Source of the DNA: Amoebidium appalachense
Taxonomy: Eukaryota; Protista; Ichthyosporea
Length of the DNA: 64,000 nucleotides
Assembly (NCBI GenBank): GCA_963693365.1
Contig: CAVNZM010000005.1
Coordinates: 6,455,167 to 6,519,166, forward strand
Reading direction: 5' to 3'
Position 1 is the first letter of the stretch. Each line of letters begins with the position of its first letter. The notes beneath the pieces are model-generated. The model was not told the origin of the DNA. It saw only the letters and a list, made by a program, of their open reading frames with translations, and did no database searches. The position numbers were made by a program, and so were the translations under genes. Shown piece by piece: positions 42,328 to 55,104 of this stretch.

Positions 42328-44250
42328 GTTTACGAACCAAAACGACAACTCCTAACGTGTGTGTGTGTGTGTCTGTCAAGTGTGTTCGTGTGGTGAGTGT
42401 GCGGGAAGTGGGGAACAGGCGCGGAATTCATCGATGGGATGAGTATTTAGGGATTGCTCCCCACACTGTGCGCTCGGCTACACGCGTATGTCGTAGCTAA
42501 AAGTATACGCCGGTGCCATAAAAGAATCTTGAGTTTCGATTCAATATTACGTGATGACCAGATATGTGTTTTTGCGTACTTGCGTGGTTTTTCAAAAGCT
42601 TGGTTTTATATTCTTTCCCGATGATTAGCAGCTCTTTTACATAAAGAAATCACGTTCTGAAGCTCCGTTGTCGAGAGTCTCTCGCCTACTTGCGCATGAG
42701 GAGCATGGTGCAAAACATGAACATGTATATGTAAAGGCACAAACAGCAGCTGTTCGCTTAGTGAGCCTTACACGTTCCTAAGAAGCCCTAAAAGGTACAT
42801 CGTTTTCTTTCCTCTTTCAAACAACTAAAAATACTATATTATGGTATGTGGGTGGGCTACTTGAACAGTGCGGTTGCCCCCCCCCTCCCCCCCCCCCCCA
42901 AAAAAAAACATAAACACGGGTAACAAATGACAAACGTAGTAATTAGACCGCGTGTTTCCTTCCTTCTCAGACAGTCAGGAGCCCGAGTGACGCACGAGCG
43001 GCACACAGGCAGGCTGAGGCAGCAAGGCCTTGCCCGGCCGGGTCCTGAACATCTATCCGGAAAATAAATATTACAAAGTCTTAACTACAATATCTACATT
43101 TCTGATAACGTGAGATAGAAAGTCAATCTTGCTCCTTATATTCCTGTACTGGGAACCCTCTACGCAGTGAATTAGATAGGTATGTTTAAAATTGGATAAT
43201 GAGAAAAAAAAAGAAAAAAAAAAAGAGGGGGAAACACACTGAGAAATATACTTACAGCACATATGGACAAGAAGGTGTGACTCAGTCATCCTGAACACTG
43301 AGATATTCGAAAAAATGAGATGTGATATGCAAAATCCGAAATACAACTGATTTGCAGGAACTAAATAGGACAGTGTGCATACCCTGCGTTAAAATGAGAT
43401 TCCTGCGAAATAAAACAGATAGTCAGTGACTCAATTGACGTTTGTACCGCCGGTGTACATGTGAGTTATAAGTTCATTCCGAAGCAGAACTTCAGCCGTT
43501 TCTCTACGTACATATTTATTTTTATTTTTCTTGTAATTGAGTGAGAGTAAACACGGTCAATGGTACTCCGTTGACTCCGTCCTCAACCAGTTGGGGCCGC
43601 CGCTGTCGCGACATGTATACGTACGTACGTGTATACATATGTATGTACACCAAATATACCACACGTAGCCACCATGCCCCCGGAATATATGATCACATTT
43701 TCTGCTTTTACACAAGACGCGTGGCAATGTGTAATACCTTGACTCAGAGGATTGTGCACGTGTGTGCCGCGCGTGGCTGTGTTTCGTTAGTTTTTTCTTA
43801 CCATGATTCAAGAGTAGTATGGTAAGTTGTAACTCTTTCCACAACCCCTTTTCTCAGCTTGCTAACTCAGACCGCCACAAGTCATCCGTAGCTCGCACGT
43901 ATACGGTTGGAGATAACTACCAAATTCTGCCGGTGTCACTTGTAATACTGATAGTCAGTCTAAGTCTTCAATAATTATTCAGAGGACTCTCTAAATTCTG
44001 CTCTGCCAGACCAGACCAAAATACTGCACGGCATCCAATTCTTCGCCACACTTTCCAGTTACTACATACTTTCACATCAAAGGAACAGGTAGTACCTGCT
44101 GGTTCACGCGTTCGAATAGCGAAAGACTTAAGTCCCAAAACTCACGACTTCGACACGTCCAAACGGATTCAACTTCTCCTTTCGGAGTCTTTAGTTTCTC
44201 CCCGCTCACTCTCGTTCTCGTTCACTTTCTGTCCTAGCCTCTCTCTCTCA

Positions 44251-44281
<31 letters not shown>

Positions 44282-45856
44282 GCCCCTCCTGCCTCCCCCT
44301 CTCTGGCTCTCTCCGAGTCTCTCTCTCCCCCTCTCTCTTCCTTCTCTTCGTCTCCCTGCACAGACACACACACATGTGTACACAGCCCTCTCCCTCTCCC
44401 CCCCCCCCCCTCTCTCTCTGTGTGTGTGTGTGCGTGTGTGTCTGTCTCTCTGTCTCTCCTCTCCCTCCCCCTTCACTCTTCATCTTCTGTCTCCCTCTCC
44501 CCTCCTTCAGGCTCCTTGCTTTCCTCCTTGCCCGCTCCGGGCCTCTCTATCACCGTAACTCTCTCGCTCCCTCCCTCCCTCCCCACCACCACCATCCTTC
44601 CCCCTCCCCCCTCCCCCCCCCCCCCTCCCCCCCCCCCTCCCGGCTCCCCAACCTTTCCCACACACTGACACACACACATACCTCTCCGCCAATTTCCGTC
44701 CCTCTCCATCCCTCCCACCATCTCGTGCTGTCCCTCTCCCTTTCACCAAGTTCTGGGCCTCCTCCTCCTCCCTCCCTCCCTCCCACGTCCCCACACCCGG
44801 GCTCCGAGTGCTCTCAGGCTCGTTTCTCAGCTCCCTCGATCCTCTCTCACACTCTTCTCCCCCCTCCCCCCCCCCCCCCCCCCCCCCCCCCCGCCGCCGC
44901 CAATTCTACCCTCGGAACCTTTCCCTCTTTCCCCCCCCCCCCCCCCGTCCTCTTCCTTCCCCTTCCCTGCCCGCCCTCTCTCTCCGTCGCCTCCCTTCCC
45001 CACCCCCCCCCCCCCCCCCCACAAAAAAAAAAAACAAAAAAAAACCGTGATAGCCTGCCCAGCACCCTACTATGACGCCCAGCTCATGTCCCATGCACAC
45101 TACGTTTCCAATCCACTGACCGTATAGCAGCATCTGCTTTTCGAGATCTGGCAGTTGAAGCCAGTCAATCGCACATGCACACCACACAACGTTTCAAATG
45201 AGTGCGTTTCACAATGCAGCCCCTTGCAGCGCCCACCCCCCTGACCCGATCGCGAGCTGAACTTCCATATCCAACGGTTTCTGTACTGTATAGATTTTCC
45301 TCTTTCCTTTTTACAAGCTTTACCCTAAGCCAGTACTTGTGCACGTGGTGGTTATAGATTAACGAGATATGTCACTGAGGTGCTGGGAGGCGTAGGCTCG
45401 AGGGCTGAGTGATTTAGGAGTTCGAGCGCCGCGCTCTGCTTTTTGAGCTTTATGATTGGTAATTCTGCGAATCTATAAATAGCGCTTGACGCCTGTGCCT
45501 GGCTTATTGCTATCACCGAGCCGCGAGAGGCGCGCGAGACTCGAAAGGTGTGACGGAGAGAGAGGGAGGGAGAGAGTTTTTCATTGTATAGAGAGCGGAG
45601 GTGGCAGGTACAGGGCTCTCACCAACACGCTTATTTTGTTATCTCCTTATTACACTTACTTGACTAAATTTCTTCGACCATTTATGTAATTTAAAATACG
45701 CCGAGCCTGCTGGACTGAAAAAGGCACCCATTGTATGCATACGAAGTTTTAAGGACTTTGAAATTATCTATAACTGCATTTTGCATCGTGATTAGCATAG
45801 TCTCTTTCCACCCCTTCTCCCCCTCACCGCTCCTCCCCCCCAAATTCCTTACAAAG

Positions 45857-46789
45857 ATGGCGAAAGTCACGCCTGTTCACGTTCACACCTCAGACCAGTT
45901 TCCTCTTTCCACCACCGTTTTCGAACCCGCCAGAATTCATACACACAGCCCGGCAATATACGTGTCAAATGCAATGGGCGTAACACAAACCTTCTACCAC
46001 AAATTCTGCAGATTTCTCTCTGAGACATACCACGCACCTGTTGTCACGTTTGACTTTCGGGGCATGGGAAGCTCGTTCAAATCCGGGCAGAAACTACACG
46101 ACCTGAAAGAAACAAACATCATTGACCACTGGGCAGGGGAGGACCTTCCAGCAATTACTTCCTTTCTCGCAAAAACGTTTCCAGAAAGGCACATCGTCCA
46201 CCTCGGACATTCCATAGGGGCACACATGGCCCCGCTGAATCCCCTCAACTCAACGGTACATAGGCACCTCTTTATCTCTGCGTCCACTTCTTTCCACACG
46301 TCGGTCCACCTTCCAAGAGCATCCGGCGTTGCTCTTGCCGCGTGCGCAGGCCTTGCCTCTTTGATTCACTTCTACCCTATGGGGTGGATTACAAAAGGTG
46401 CACATGTGCCCAGAGATGCGGGTGTGCAGTGGGCGAAGTGGAGACACACGCCTAAGTACTGCACCGTGCACCCTACGGCAGAAGAGCGGTACCTGAATTT
46501 CGGCAAACCCAAAGGTGGGGTTCTTGCACTGGCGTTTTCGGATGATGAGCTGTGCAAGAGAGCGGGGTTTGAAGGCTGGCTTGGAAATTTCCCTGAGAAC
46601 ATTAGACCCCATCTTGTGTATGTGGACCCAAAGCAGGCGTTTGGGCCAAAGAGGAGGGTGGGACACATGAACATGTTCAAGGAGAGTACTAAAGACATTC
46701 TCTGGCACAGGTTTGGGGATTTCTTGGTGCATGGGGAGGCGCGGGGTTTGGTGGATGCTATGAAGCACGGGGTAAGAAAGTCGCATTGA
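45857..46789 (+). CDS. Intronless alpha/beta hydrolase, bacterial 'predicted alpha/beta hydrolase' (COG4757-like) type, 310 aa
   Basis: AMGV.Q.FY..FC.FL, VVTFDFRGMG.S, W...DLPA, nucleophile elbow GHSIG, P.....QWAKW, FSDD (acid) and VGHM (His). ATG at 45857 is supported by the paralog start MAKVTP. Confidence 0.85.
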   Translation: MAKVTPVHVHTSDQFPLSTTVFEPARIHTHSPAIYVSNAMGVTQTFYHKFCRFLSETYHAPVVTFDFRGMGSSFKSGQKLHDLKETNIIDHWAGEDLPAITSFLAKTFPERHIVHLGHSIGAHMAPLNPLNSTVHRHLFISASTSFHTSVHLPRASGVALAACAGLASLIHFYPMGWITKGAHVPRDAGVQWAKWRHTPKYCTVHPTAEERYLNFGKPKGGVLALAFSDDELCKRAGFEGWLGNFPENIRPHLVYVDPKQAFGPKRRVGHMNMFKESTKDILWHRFGDFLVHGEARGLVDAMKHGVRKSH

Positions 46790-47180
46790 GAAAAGCTGAA
46801 AGGTCTGTGGGAACCTGCATTGTTGTAGTCATAACGTCATGTTCAAACCGGGGTTATTTGGGCATACAAGTACCATATGTAGCCAACGGTTGTATGATGA
46901 GATCGAGTGTGGTTAGAACGAACTTGGAATGTTATCTTTTGCGGCAGCAAAGAAGTGTGAGAGCTGTTTTATCTGTGGTGCTTTTTTACCCAACCGTTAT
47001 GGTCAATTTGAACCGTGATTGTGCAAAGAAGGAGAAGTCAAATGAATGGATATGCAGTGTTGTCAGTTGTACTTAAAACTTGCACGAGTCCCTGAATGTT
47101 GATCTTGCATTCCTAAGGTTCACAGGAAAACCTCAGTAAATGAAAAGGCGACAATTCTGAGCCTATGATACAAGCACTGG

Positions 47181-47248
<68 letters not shown>

Positions 47249-47761
47249 TTGTGTGTGTGTCTGCCGGGTCTGTGAGTGCCAGTGTGTCTCTCTGTGTGCT
47301 TGTGTTGGTTGCAATTGTAGTGTAGCCCAACCTTCGAATTCCGAACCCTAATTTTCCCTCCTCCTTTCGCTCTCTCTCTTCCCCTCCCCTCCGAGTCCGT
47401 CTCGCTCTCTGTCCCTCTCTCTTGGTCCCCCCCCCCCCCCCCCCCCCCTCCACGCATTCAAACCCCCTCCGCCTCCCCCCCCCCCCCCCCCCGGCTTCGA
47501 GCTCTCGGCCTTTCTCTCCCTTGCTCCTCTTCACCCCCTCAACCGTCCATAGACTCTTTCACTCTCCCCCCCTTCTCTTCATCCAGTCTCTTTTCCTGTC
47601 TTTCTTTCTTTCACACTCTCTTTTTTTGTTCGATCCTCGGCCCCTCCCCCCACCTCCCCAGTCCCATCTCATCTCCCCCTGCCTCTCCCCTCCCCTCTTT
47701 CTCTAATCCTCATGCATAGTCGCCCAGCAATCTAGTAAACACCAAGGCCGCCTTGACAACG

Positions 47762-48094
47762 GAGGCCTTGATATATGCACGACCGTTTTGCGGCACATTA
47801 AGTTTCTACCGACTCTAGGTTAGCAGCCTGCGCCCATCTTTCTTGTTATGACACACCCTCTGCTCGCATGCATCCCCGGGTCAACGTCGAAAGGTGCAGC
47901 CCCTTGCAACACCCACCTGGCCATCCCGTAACGTGGTAATCATATATTGCAAGGGGCTGCACCTTTCGACGTTGACCCGGGGATGCATGCGAGCAGAGGG
48001 TGTGTCATAACAAGAAAGATGGGCGCAGGCTGCTGACCTAGAGTCGGTAGAAATTTAATGTGCCGCAAAACGGTCGTGCATATATCAAGGCCTC
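47762..48094. repeat. Long inverted repeat: 148-bp arms (47762-47909, 47947-48094) with a 37-nt spacer
   Basis: The arms are reverse complements with only two mismatches. Confidence 0.93.
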
Positions 48095-48177
48095 TACCTC
48101 CCAGGGGTTAACGCGTACTAATTGTCAATTGAATCTTGTATACACCAATCAGATACGACTTGGATCTATCGCCCAGT

Positions 48178-48222
<45 letters not shown>

Positions 48223-50563
48223 AAAAAAAAAAAACAAAAAACACACACACATACACACACACCTCATCTCTACTCCCCCTTTTTCTCCAAGTGCGCGCGC
48301 ACCACTCACTTTAAGATATGCTGCTACCAATTGAGCCATGTGGGGATATGGATATAGGCCTCCTTAGGTTGTACAATGTTAGCACTGGTTTTTAGTCACT
48401 CCTTGCGGCTAGAGCTTATTTCCCATGCACCCTTAATGAACACCTGTTCCCCCCTTCCCCCCCTTCCCCCCCCCCCCCACCTCTTCCCCCTCCCCATTTC
48501 TCCTCCAAACCCAACCGGATTCATCTTCTCGCAAACCATGCTGTGCAAGAGAACCTGTACCTCGTGATCTATGTTATTTGCATCACCCTTAATTTCACCA
48601 CTCGTACGTGTACGCAGACCTCAAGCCTTTTTTCTCCCTTAACCTCTGGGCCGCTTGCCACTGATATGCCTCTTATCGCATATCCTTATGAAAATGACTT
48701 TCCCTTTCTGTATGATTATCTTTTTCCTACAGAAAACGGTCTTTGCTGTTTGCTTGAAAGGATGTTGGTTGTTGTCGGCTAGCTTCTAGGAGCAACAAGA
48801 AGGATGGGCAGGTTTGGTGTTTTTTATAAGCCTTGTTTTGTATGTAGCTGCAGATTTGTCGCTCCCCCCCCCCCCCCCCCCCCCCCCTCCCCCCCCTCCC
48901 TTGCACACACACACACACACACACTCTCTCTCTCTCTCTCCCTCTCCCCCCCCCCCCCTCCCCTCCCCCCCCCCTTCTCTCTCTACCCCCCTCCTCATCC
49001 ATCCCTCCCCCCCCACTAAATCTCGTCCTCACTCTCTCTTCACTATCACTCTCACTCTCTCTCTCTCCCCCCCCTCCCCCTCCCCCCCCCCCCCCCCTCG
49101 TTTCTCTCTCTGTCCCCATTTCTCGCTGCCCCCCCCCCCCCCCCCCCCCCCACCCACCCCTCTTAACTCTTTTTGCTCCCGGTTTCTCCCTCTTCTGTGT
49201 TTCAACCCCCTTGGGTGGAGGGGAGGGGGGAAAAGTGTAGGAAAACCTGAAAAAACCGAGCGAGGTTTTCACGTTTTTCTTGTCGGTTGGTGACCGTAGG
49301 TGGTCTGATCGATCGGTTGGTCCCATTTTCGCGTCACCCGGCCCTCATATGATTGGAGTAAGTGGTCCGGGCCGTTGCACACTTCACACGGTTTGCACGC
49401 GTACGCGTGTGCACAGGTGTACCGCTGTCGATGTGACGACGTCTCTATCGACGTTCCGGCGCTGAGCTTTGCAACTTGCACTTGCATTTGCCATGCCACC
49501 TGTCATGAACACTTCGCAACTTATATGCATGCCGCACCTTCGTTTTTCAGTTTTAGTCCGTACTGCTGAAAGGTGTGCTAATACGATTTCATAATTTAAA
49601 CATCATTTCTTCTCCCACCTCTTCTCTTCCCCCCCCCCCCCTCCCCCCCCAAACAAAGTTCCGGGCCACTTCCTTAAAAGAAAAATGGCGAAAGTAACGC
49701 CTATTCAGATTCACACAGCGGACCAGTTCCCTCTCTCCGCAACCGTCTTTGAACCCACGGAAATGCATACAAACAACCCGGCAATATTCGTGTCAAACGC
49801 GATGGGCGTAACGCAAACCTTCTACCACGAATTCTGCAGGTTTCTCTCCGAGACCTATCACGCCCCCGTTGTCACGTTTGACTTTCGGGGCATGGGGAGC
49901 TCTTTTCAACCAGGGCAGAAACTACACGATTTGAAAGAAACAAACGTCATCGACCACTGGGCAGGGAAGGACCTCCCAGCAATTACCTCCTTCGTCGCGA
50001 AATGTTTCCAGAAAGGCACATCGTCCACCTGGGACATTCCCTAGGTGCACACATGGCCCCACTGAATCCTCTTAACTCAGCCGTCCACAGGCACCTCTTT
50101 GTCTCTGCGGCTACCTCATTCCACACGTCAATGCACCTTCCAAGAGTATCTGGCGTTGCTCTTGCTGCGTGTGCAGGCTTGGCCTCTTGGATCCACTTCT
50201 TCCCTATGGGTTGGATATCACAAGGCGCACACGTGCCCAGAGATGTGGGTGTGCAGTGGGCGAATTGAAGGCACACGCCAAAGTACTGCACCGTGCATCC
50301 TACAGCGGAAGAAAGTTATCGGAATTTCGGAAAACCCAAAGGGGGGGCTCTTTCGCTTGCGTTTTCTGATGATGAGTTGATCAAGAGAGCGGGGTTTGAA
50401 GGCTGGCTTGGAAACTTCCCTGAGAAACACAAGACCCCATCTGGTGCACATCGATTCAAATGTCGCTTTCTATTATCTGCTAATAAATAGTATCCTTCGC
50501 GCATCCACCCCTAAACCAGGCCATCCGTGGCCCTAAGGGCCGGGGAACACCCCCATCCATGTC

Positions 50564-51748
50564 ATGGCACATGCCTATAATCGTTTCAGAACCTCTTTCA
50601 AAGTTCCATCTACACCCATCACACATGTGCGACCATTAAAACGTCCAGCAGATACACCTACCACAGATGCACAACCAGAAAAACATCGCCTTAGACTAAG
50701 CGCAACACCTATTTACAATACACTACCCATTCAGAATAACACCACACCACTCCGTAGAAACACAATAACAACCATGCCGAAACTTTCGGTTGATACAGTA
50801 CTGGCAGAACTTGCCCTCGTTAAGAAACAGCTAAATGAGCTGTTACCACTCAAGAACATGATAGAAAAACTCCAAACAGAAAATACCCAACTCAAGCTCA
50901 CCATTGATTCACTCACAGCCCAGCTAAACATTAGTGGATCGCAAAACCCCAAAACTCATGAGCAAACATCTCGCGACGGAGACATTTCCACCCCAACACA
51001 AAACAACACAGGACCGGAAGCACAGCTCCCGGCAGAGTTCCTAGAATATGCGAACTCTCGTAAAACACCCGAGCTCCGCCAAATTGCCAAGGAAACATAT
51101 GCCAGCATTCTTGCAGGCAACGAGTACCGCCGCAACTCCCCTCCCAAACCGCCGGCTAAGGGGAACACCCAAGCAAACGGTAACATCAACATCCCACCCA
51201 AATACGAGAGGGTGTATTTCAAAGTCAAGCACGGCAGACGCCCACACAGGGCCATGTGGTCCATCTTCAAGGCTCTCGGCTTCCGGTGCTCTCGCATCCT
51301 TTGTCTGTCCTTCATTGGATACGATGTGCTGGAAGTAGCAGTACGGGGCGACTATAACCGTGCGTTCATCCGTGACGCGACAAAGGGGTGTGGAAGCTTC
51401 TTCACCCACCTCCCAAGCTACGACCCATGCGCGCCGGAAAACATTCAGAAAGCAGACAAAGAACGTAAAGTGTCTGCTAAGAATGCGTGCGCCACACGTT
51501 GTCGTGTACGCATCAGCAAGGCAAAAGAGTTCCTCGCAAAGTTGGAAAACGATGCTACGAGCGTGATAGACACGGACACGAAGGAACCAATGTTTTCTGG
51601 TGAGAAACTGCTCGAGCGCAAACGCCGATGCGAGATGGAAATCGAGCTCTTCTGCGAACTGTTCGCGCTGGCGGAAGGTCGTGCATACGACCCCGTAAGC
51701 GACAAGTGGGAACCAACCCCACAGGTGTCGGACCAAACCGATGCCTAA
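50564..51748 (+). CDS. LINE ORF1 protein (394 aa; coiled coil plus a putative RNA-binding domain)
   Basis: Long open frame immediately upstream of ORF2. Heptad region LAELALVKKQLNEL...IEKLQTENTQLKLTIDSL; basic alpha/beta region RVYFKV...RILCLSFIGYDVLEVAV...YDP. No CCHC knuckle. Confidence 0.85.
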   Translation: MAHAYNRFRTSFKVPSTPITHVRPLKRPADTPTTDAQPEKHRLRLSATPIYNTLPIQNNTTPLRRNTITTMPKLSVDTVLAELALVKKQLNELLPLKNMIEKLQTENTQLKLTIDSLTAQLNISGSQNPKTHEQTSRDGDISTPTQNNTGPEAQLPAEFLEYANSRKTPELRQIAKETYASILAGNEYRRNSPPKPPAKGNTQANGNINIPPKYERVYFKVKHGRRPHRAMWSIFKALGFRCSRILCLSFIGYDVLEVAVRGDYNRAFIRDATKGCGSFFTHLPSYDPCAPENIQKADKERKVSAKNACATRCRVRISKAKEFLAKLENDATSVIDTDTKEPMFSGEKLLERKRRCEMEIELFCELFALAEGRAYDPVSDKWEPTPQVSDQTDA

Positions 51749-54700
51749 TTTATCCTTCTTCTTCTGGAATGCTCGGACACTGGGCCCCCAAAAGGGCCTC
51801 CCCCCCGGGACACTCGACGATAAAATCAGCTACATACAACAACAGACAAACAACCACACGTTTACAGTGATTTGCGAAACACAGTTTAAAAACCACCACA
51901 AATTCAACTCTACATTGGTCGACACATCCACACACCCCGGTTACGCGAAAAACCGAGGCATTATTGTACTTGCCGCACCACACGTGAGAGTGAAGTGCAA
52001 ACCGGTAGCAAAAACGGAATTCTCGGTTTCTATAGAGTTTCTTTCTAATGTTTTTACTTTTGTATATTACCCACCATCTATGTCGGTTGTCGAATTGACT
52101 CACGAGTTGTCACAGTTACCAATGTCCACTGTTATTTTAGGTGATTTTAACACGCGACTCCACCACACAGACACACTGCAAGTGAGTGTCGGGTACCCAT
52201 CTAAGCCCCCGGAGCGTGCTATCCCTTTAGCAAGGTATGTCCAAAGTCACACTTTGCGGTTCCCTCAAATATCCCATGCCCACAACACCGACTGGGGAGT
52301 GGCCTTTTGGCCATCAACCATGTCAAAACTCTCTCTCCCTCCTAACCTCTCTAGGTCATCTGACCACTCTCCTATCCTTTTCCTACCTAAGATCTCCCTT
52401 GATCTGCTCCCCCCTCCCCCTCCCACCTTTCGCCTCCGTCTATCCCAGCTTAAGTCACAGTGGGGTAGAGTTGATGTATGTGTATGCTATGCTACGAAAC
52501 ACCCTATATATATGCGCCTATTAGAATCTGCACAAGCCAGGCCAGATTCACATCTCGTACTACTAGATACATGCACTAACTTTATTGTTGATGATTTGAT
52601 AGATCTCGGTGATTATGCTGGCGGTGGTAGGAAGGAATATCCCGATGCTCTCTTGTTACCAAACACCACTCCCGCTAGACTAGGTGAACCCCTGTCTCAA
52701 AAGGAAAGCTTGCGCCGGCTTGCTAGTATGAATCGATTTGGCCCCCCTGCTCGTATTATTGGTGATACCACTGGAGACCCCCTCATAGACTCTGATAAGT
52801 ATTTCTCGGAACTGTTTAAAGATAGGACCCCCGCTCAGAAACCTATTGTGTGGCCTGTAGACCCATCTATCCCCATAGAATCGATCCTCCCCTTTTTCAG
52901 TCCCGATGCCATATGGTCTGTGATATCTAGTTATAGCTCTAGTAAGTCTTGTGGACCTGATGGACTCCCTGCTGGGTTTCTTAAAATCCTTGTTCCCTCC
53001 TACCCACAAAAGGAAAGTGATCGTGCTATTAAACCTGATCTTACTATCATGTTAAGCTCTCTCTTTTCTTGGTGTGTTAAATGTGGACATGTCCCGTCAT
53101 CTTGGTTAGATACCTTAGTGATCCCCATAGTTAAGAAGGACTCTGAGGGCCCCATATCATCCTTTCGCCCCATTACACTAACCCAGGTTGTTCGTAGATT
53201 CTTTGAAGCTTGCTTACTTAGGTTTAGTTGCACATCACCCTAGGTTTCAATCTATTCTTCACATACACCCATGCCAATCCGCTTTTCGTAAAAACAATTC
53301 ATGTTATGTTCAAATAATGGCACTGCACGATTCTATGCAAGTTGGTGCACAATATGTTGGCTTTATTGATTGGAAAACTGCTTACGATTCTGTCTCCCCT
53401 GGTCTCCTATGGGAAAAGCTTGCTGCACGGGGTGTACCACACTGCATTGGTGTTCTGTTAGAAGCACTCTTGTCTCAAACCTATGGTAGAGCTGTGGTTA
53501 ATGGGCATCTTTCATATGGTTTTGCTCGTACTAGAGGTCTCTTGCAGGGTTCATTGCTTAGCCCCTTTTTGTTTAACCTATTTATAGATGATTTGGCTGT
53601 CAAGATTTACCCCGAAAACGATGACCCTATTAATAACTTTCCGCCTGCACTTCTCTATGCTGATGATCTGTCCCTCCTTGCCCGTACCCCTAGACGCCTG
53701 CAAAGATTGTTCGATGTAGTGTCAGAGTGGTGCAAGGCAAACCTTATGATCCTTAACATAGACAAATGTGGTGTTCTTGTACCTGATATAGCTAACAATT
53801 TACACACATTTACATTATCATCTAAACCTGTACCTATAGTTCCAGAATACAAATATCTTGGTGTTCCGGTTGATTCTGTTGGTGTTATGTTTCCCCATAT
53901 GGTCGAAAAGAGGGTAGAGTTGGCTCGTAAGCGGTTAGCTTTCTTCTCGGCTAATATTTTTAAAGACACACCCCTCCATCCTTCTATTAGACTTACATTT
54001 ATTCGCACTTTTGTCTTTGTTCCCGGCATGTGAATATGGTTTACCCCTTCTCGCCGCTTGGATCAAGAAAGAGAGAACTAGAGCGCTTAAACCCTTGGCA
54101 AATTTCCTTGAAGCAGAAGTTGCCTCCTTTCTATCTAACAACTGTTGTAAACCTGGGCCTGTAACGCTCTCGATATATGGTCTGGTCCCAATAGCTGCTA
54201 GAGTATCCTATCTCGCGCTGAAATTCAATAAGCACATAAGCCGCTTAAAGAAGTATTTGCCCTCCCACCCTCTCTTCTCTATCCGACCTGTCCCCTCCTC
54301 ACCTCTCCCCTCTTTCCTCCCCTCTCTCTCCCCTTCTCCCCTGGGCACAAATACAAATAAACCCCGCAATAGTGTGTGTGTGACTTTGGACTGCCACTTA
54401 CTTATTAAACATGTACACAATCACAAGATAATCACGCAATATAACAAATGGAAAAAGATACCACACGACACTAGACCCGATGAAAGCATACACCTTGAAA
54501 AACTAAGCCTTATGTCTCGTTTTATATATACTGACCGCCTCAACCATATTGCCAAATATGGCACTCGCAAGTGTATAACACCTAAATACATATTACCTTC
54601 CTGTAGAACTGGTCTTTCTCTAGCTGATGCTATTATTGCCAGTGATCAATTACCACGCTTTTACTGTACACGTGCTATACAGTGGAGATCTAATAAGTAT

Positions 54701-54949
54701 AAGGTGGCATCATTTGCATGCCCAAACAACACACACACACACCAGTTTAACCGGTCATGTATCGCCAAATGTAGTTTGATAGACCACATAATACCGCAAC
54801 ACACACACGTCACATTCACAACAGACACCCAGAAAGATAGCCTACCTGTAAATTACAACATCCTTGATTTTATACTAAACACGCGTAACTACGACCTGTT
54901 TATTAGATGTATTGATTGGCTTGAGAAACACATCACTACAAAATTATAG
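51741..54949 (+). pseudogene. LINE ORF2 (APE endonuclease + RT + Cys/His C-terminus) with two frameshifts (~53224, +1; ~54016, +4)
   Basis: APE motifs FWNAR, VICET, ILGDFN, SDHSPI, followed by RT motifs through YADD. Frameshifts were located by comparison with copies 1 and 3. Confidence 0.9.
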
Positions 54950-54969
54950 CGCACGCGCACACACACACA

Positions 54970-55036
<67 letters not shown>

Positions 55037-55068
55037 CCAGCTGATACCGAGTGTCCCGAGGGGAGCCC

Positions 55069-55104
<36 letters not shown>

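Noticed and set aside
45385-45435. tRNA-like GGAGTTCGAG (B-box-like) sequence
   Set aside because: No cloverleaf or acceptor stem could be formed.
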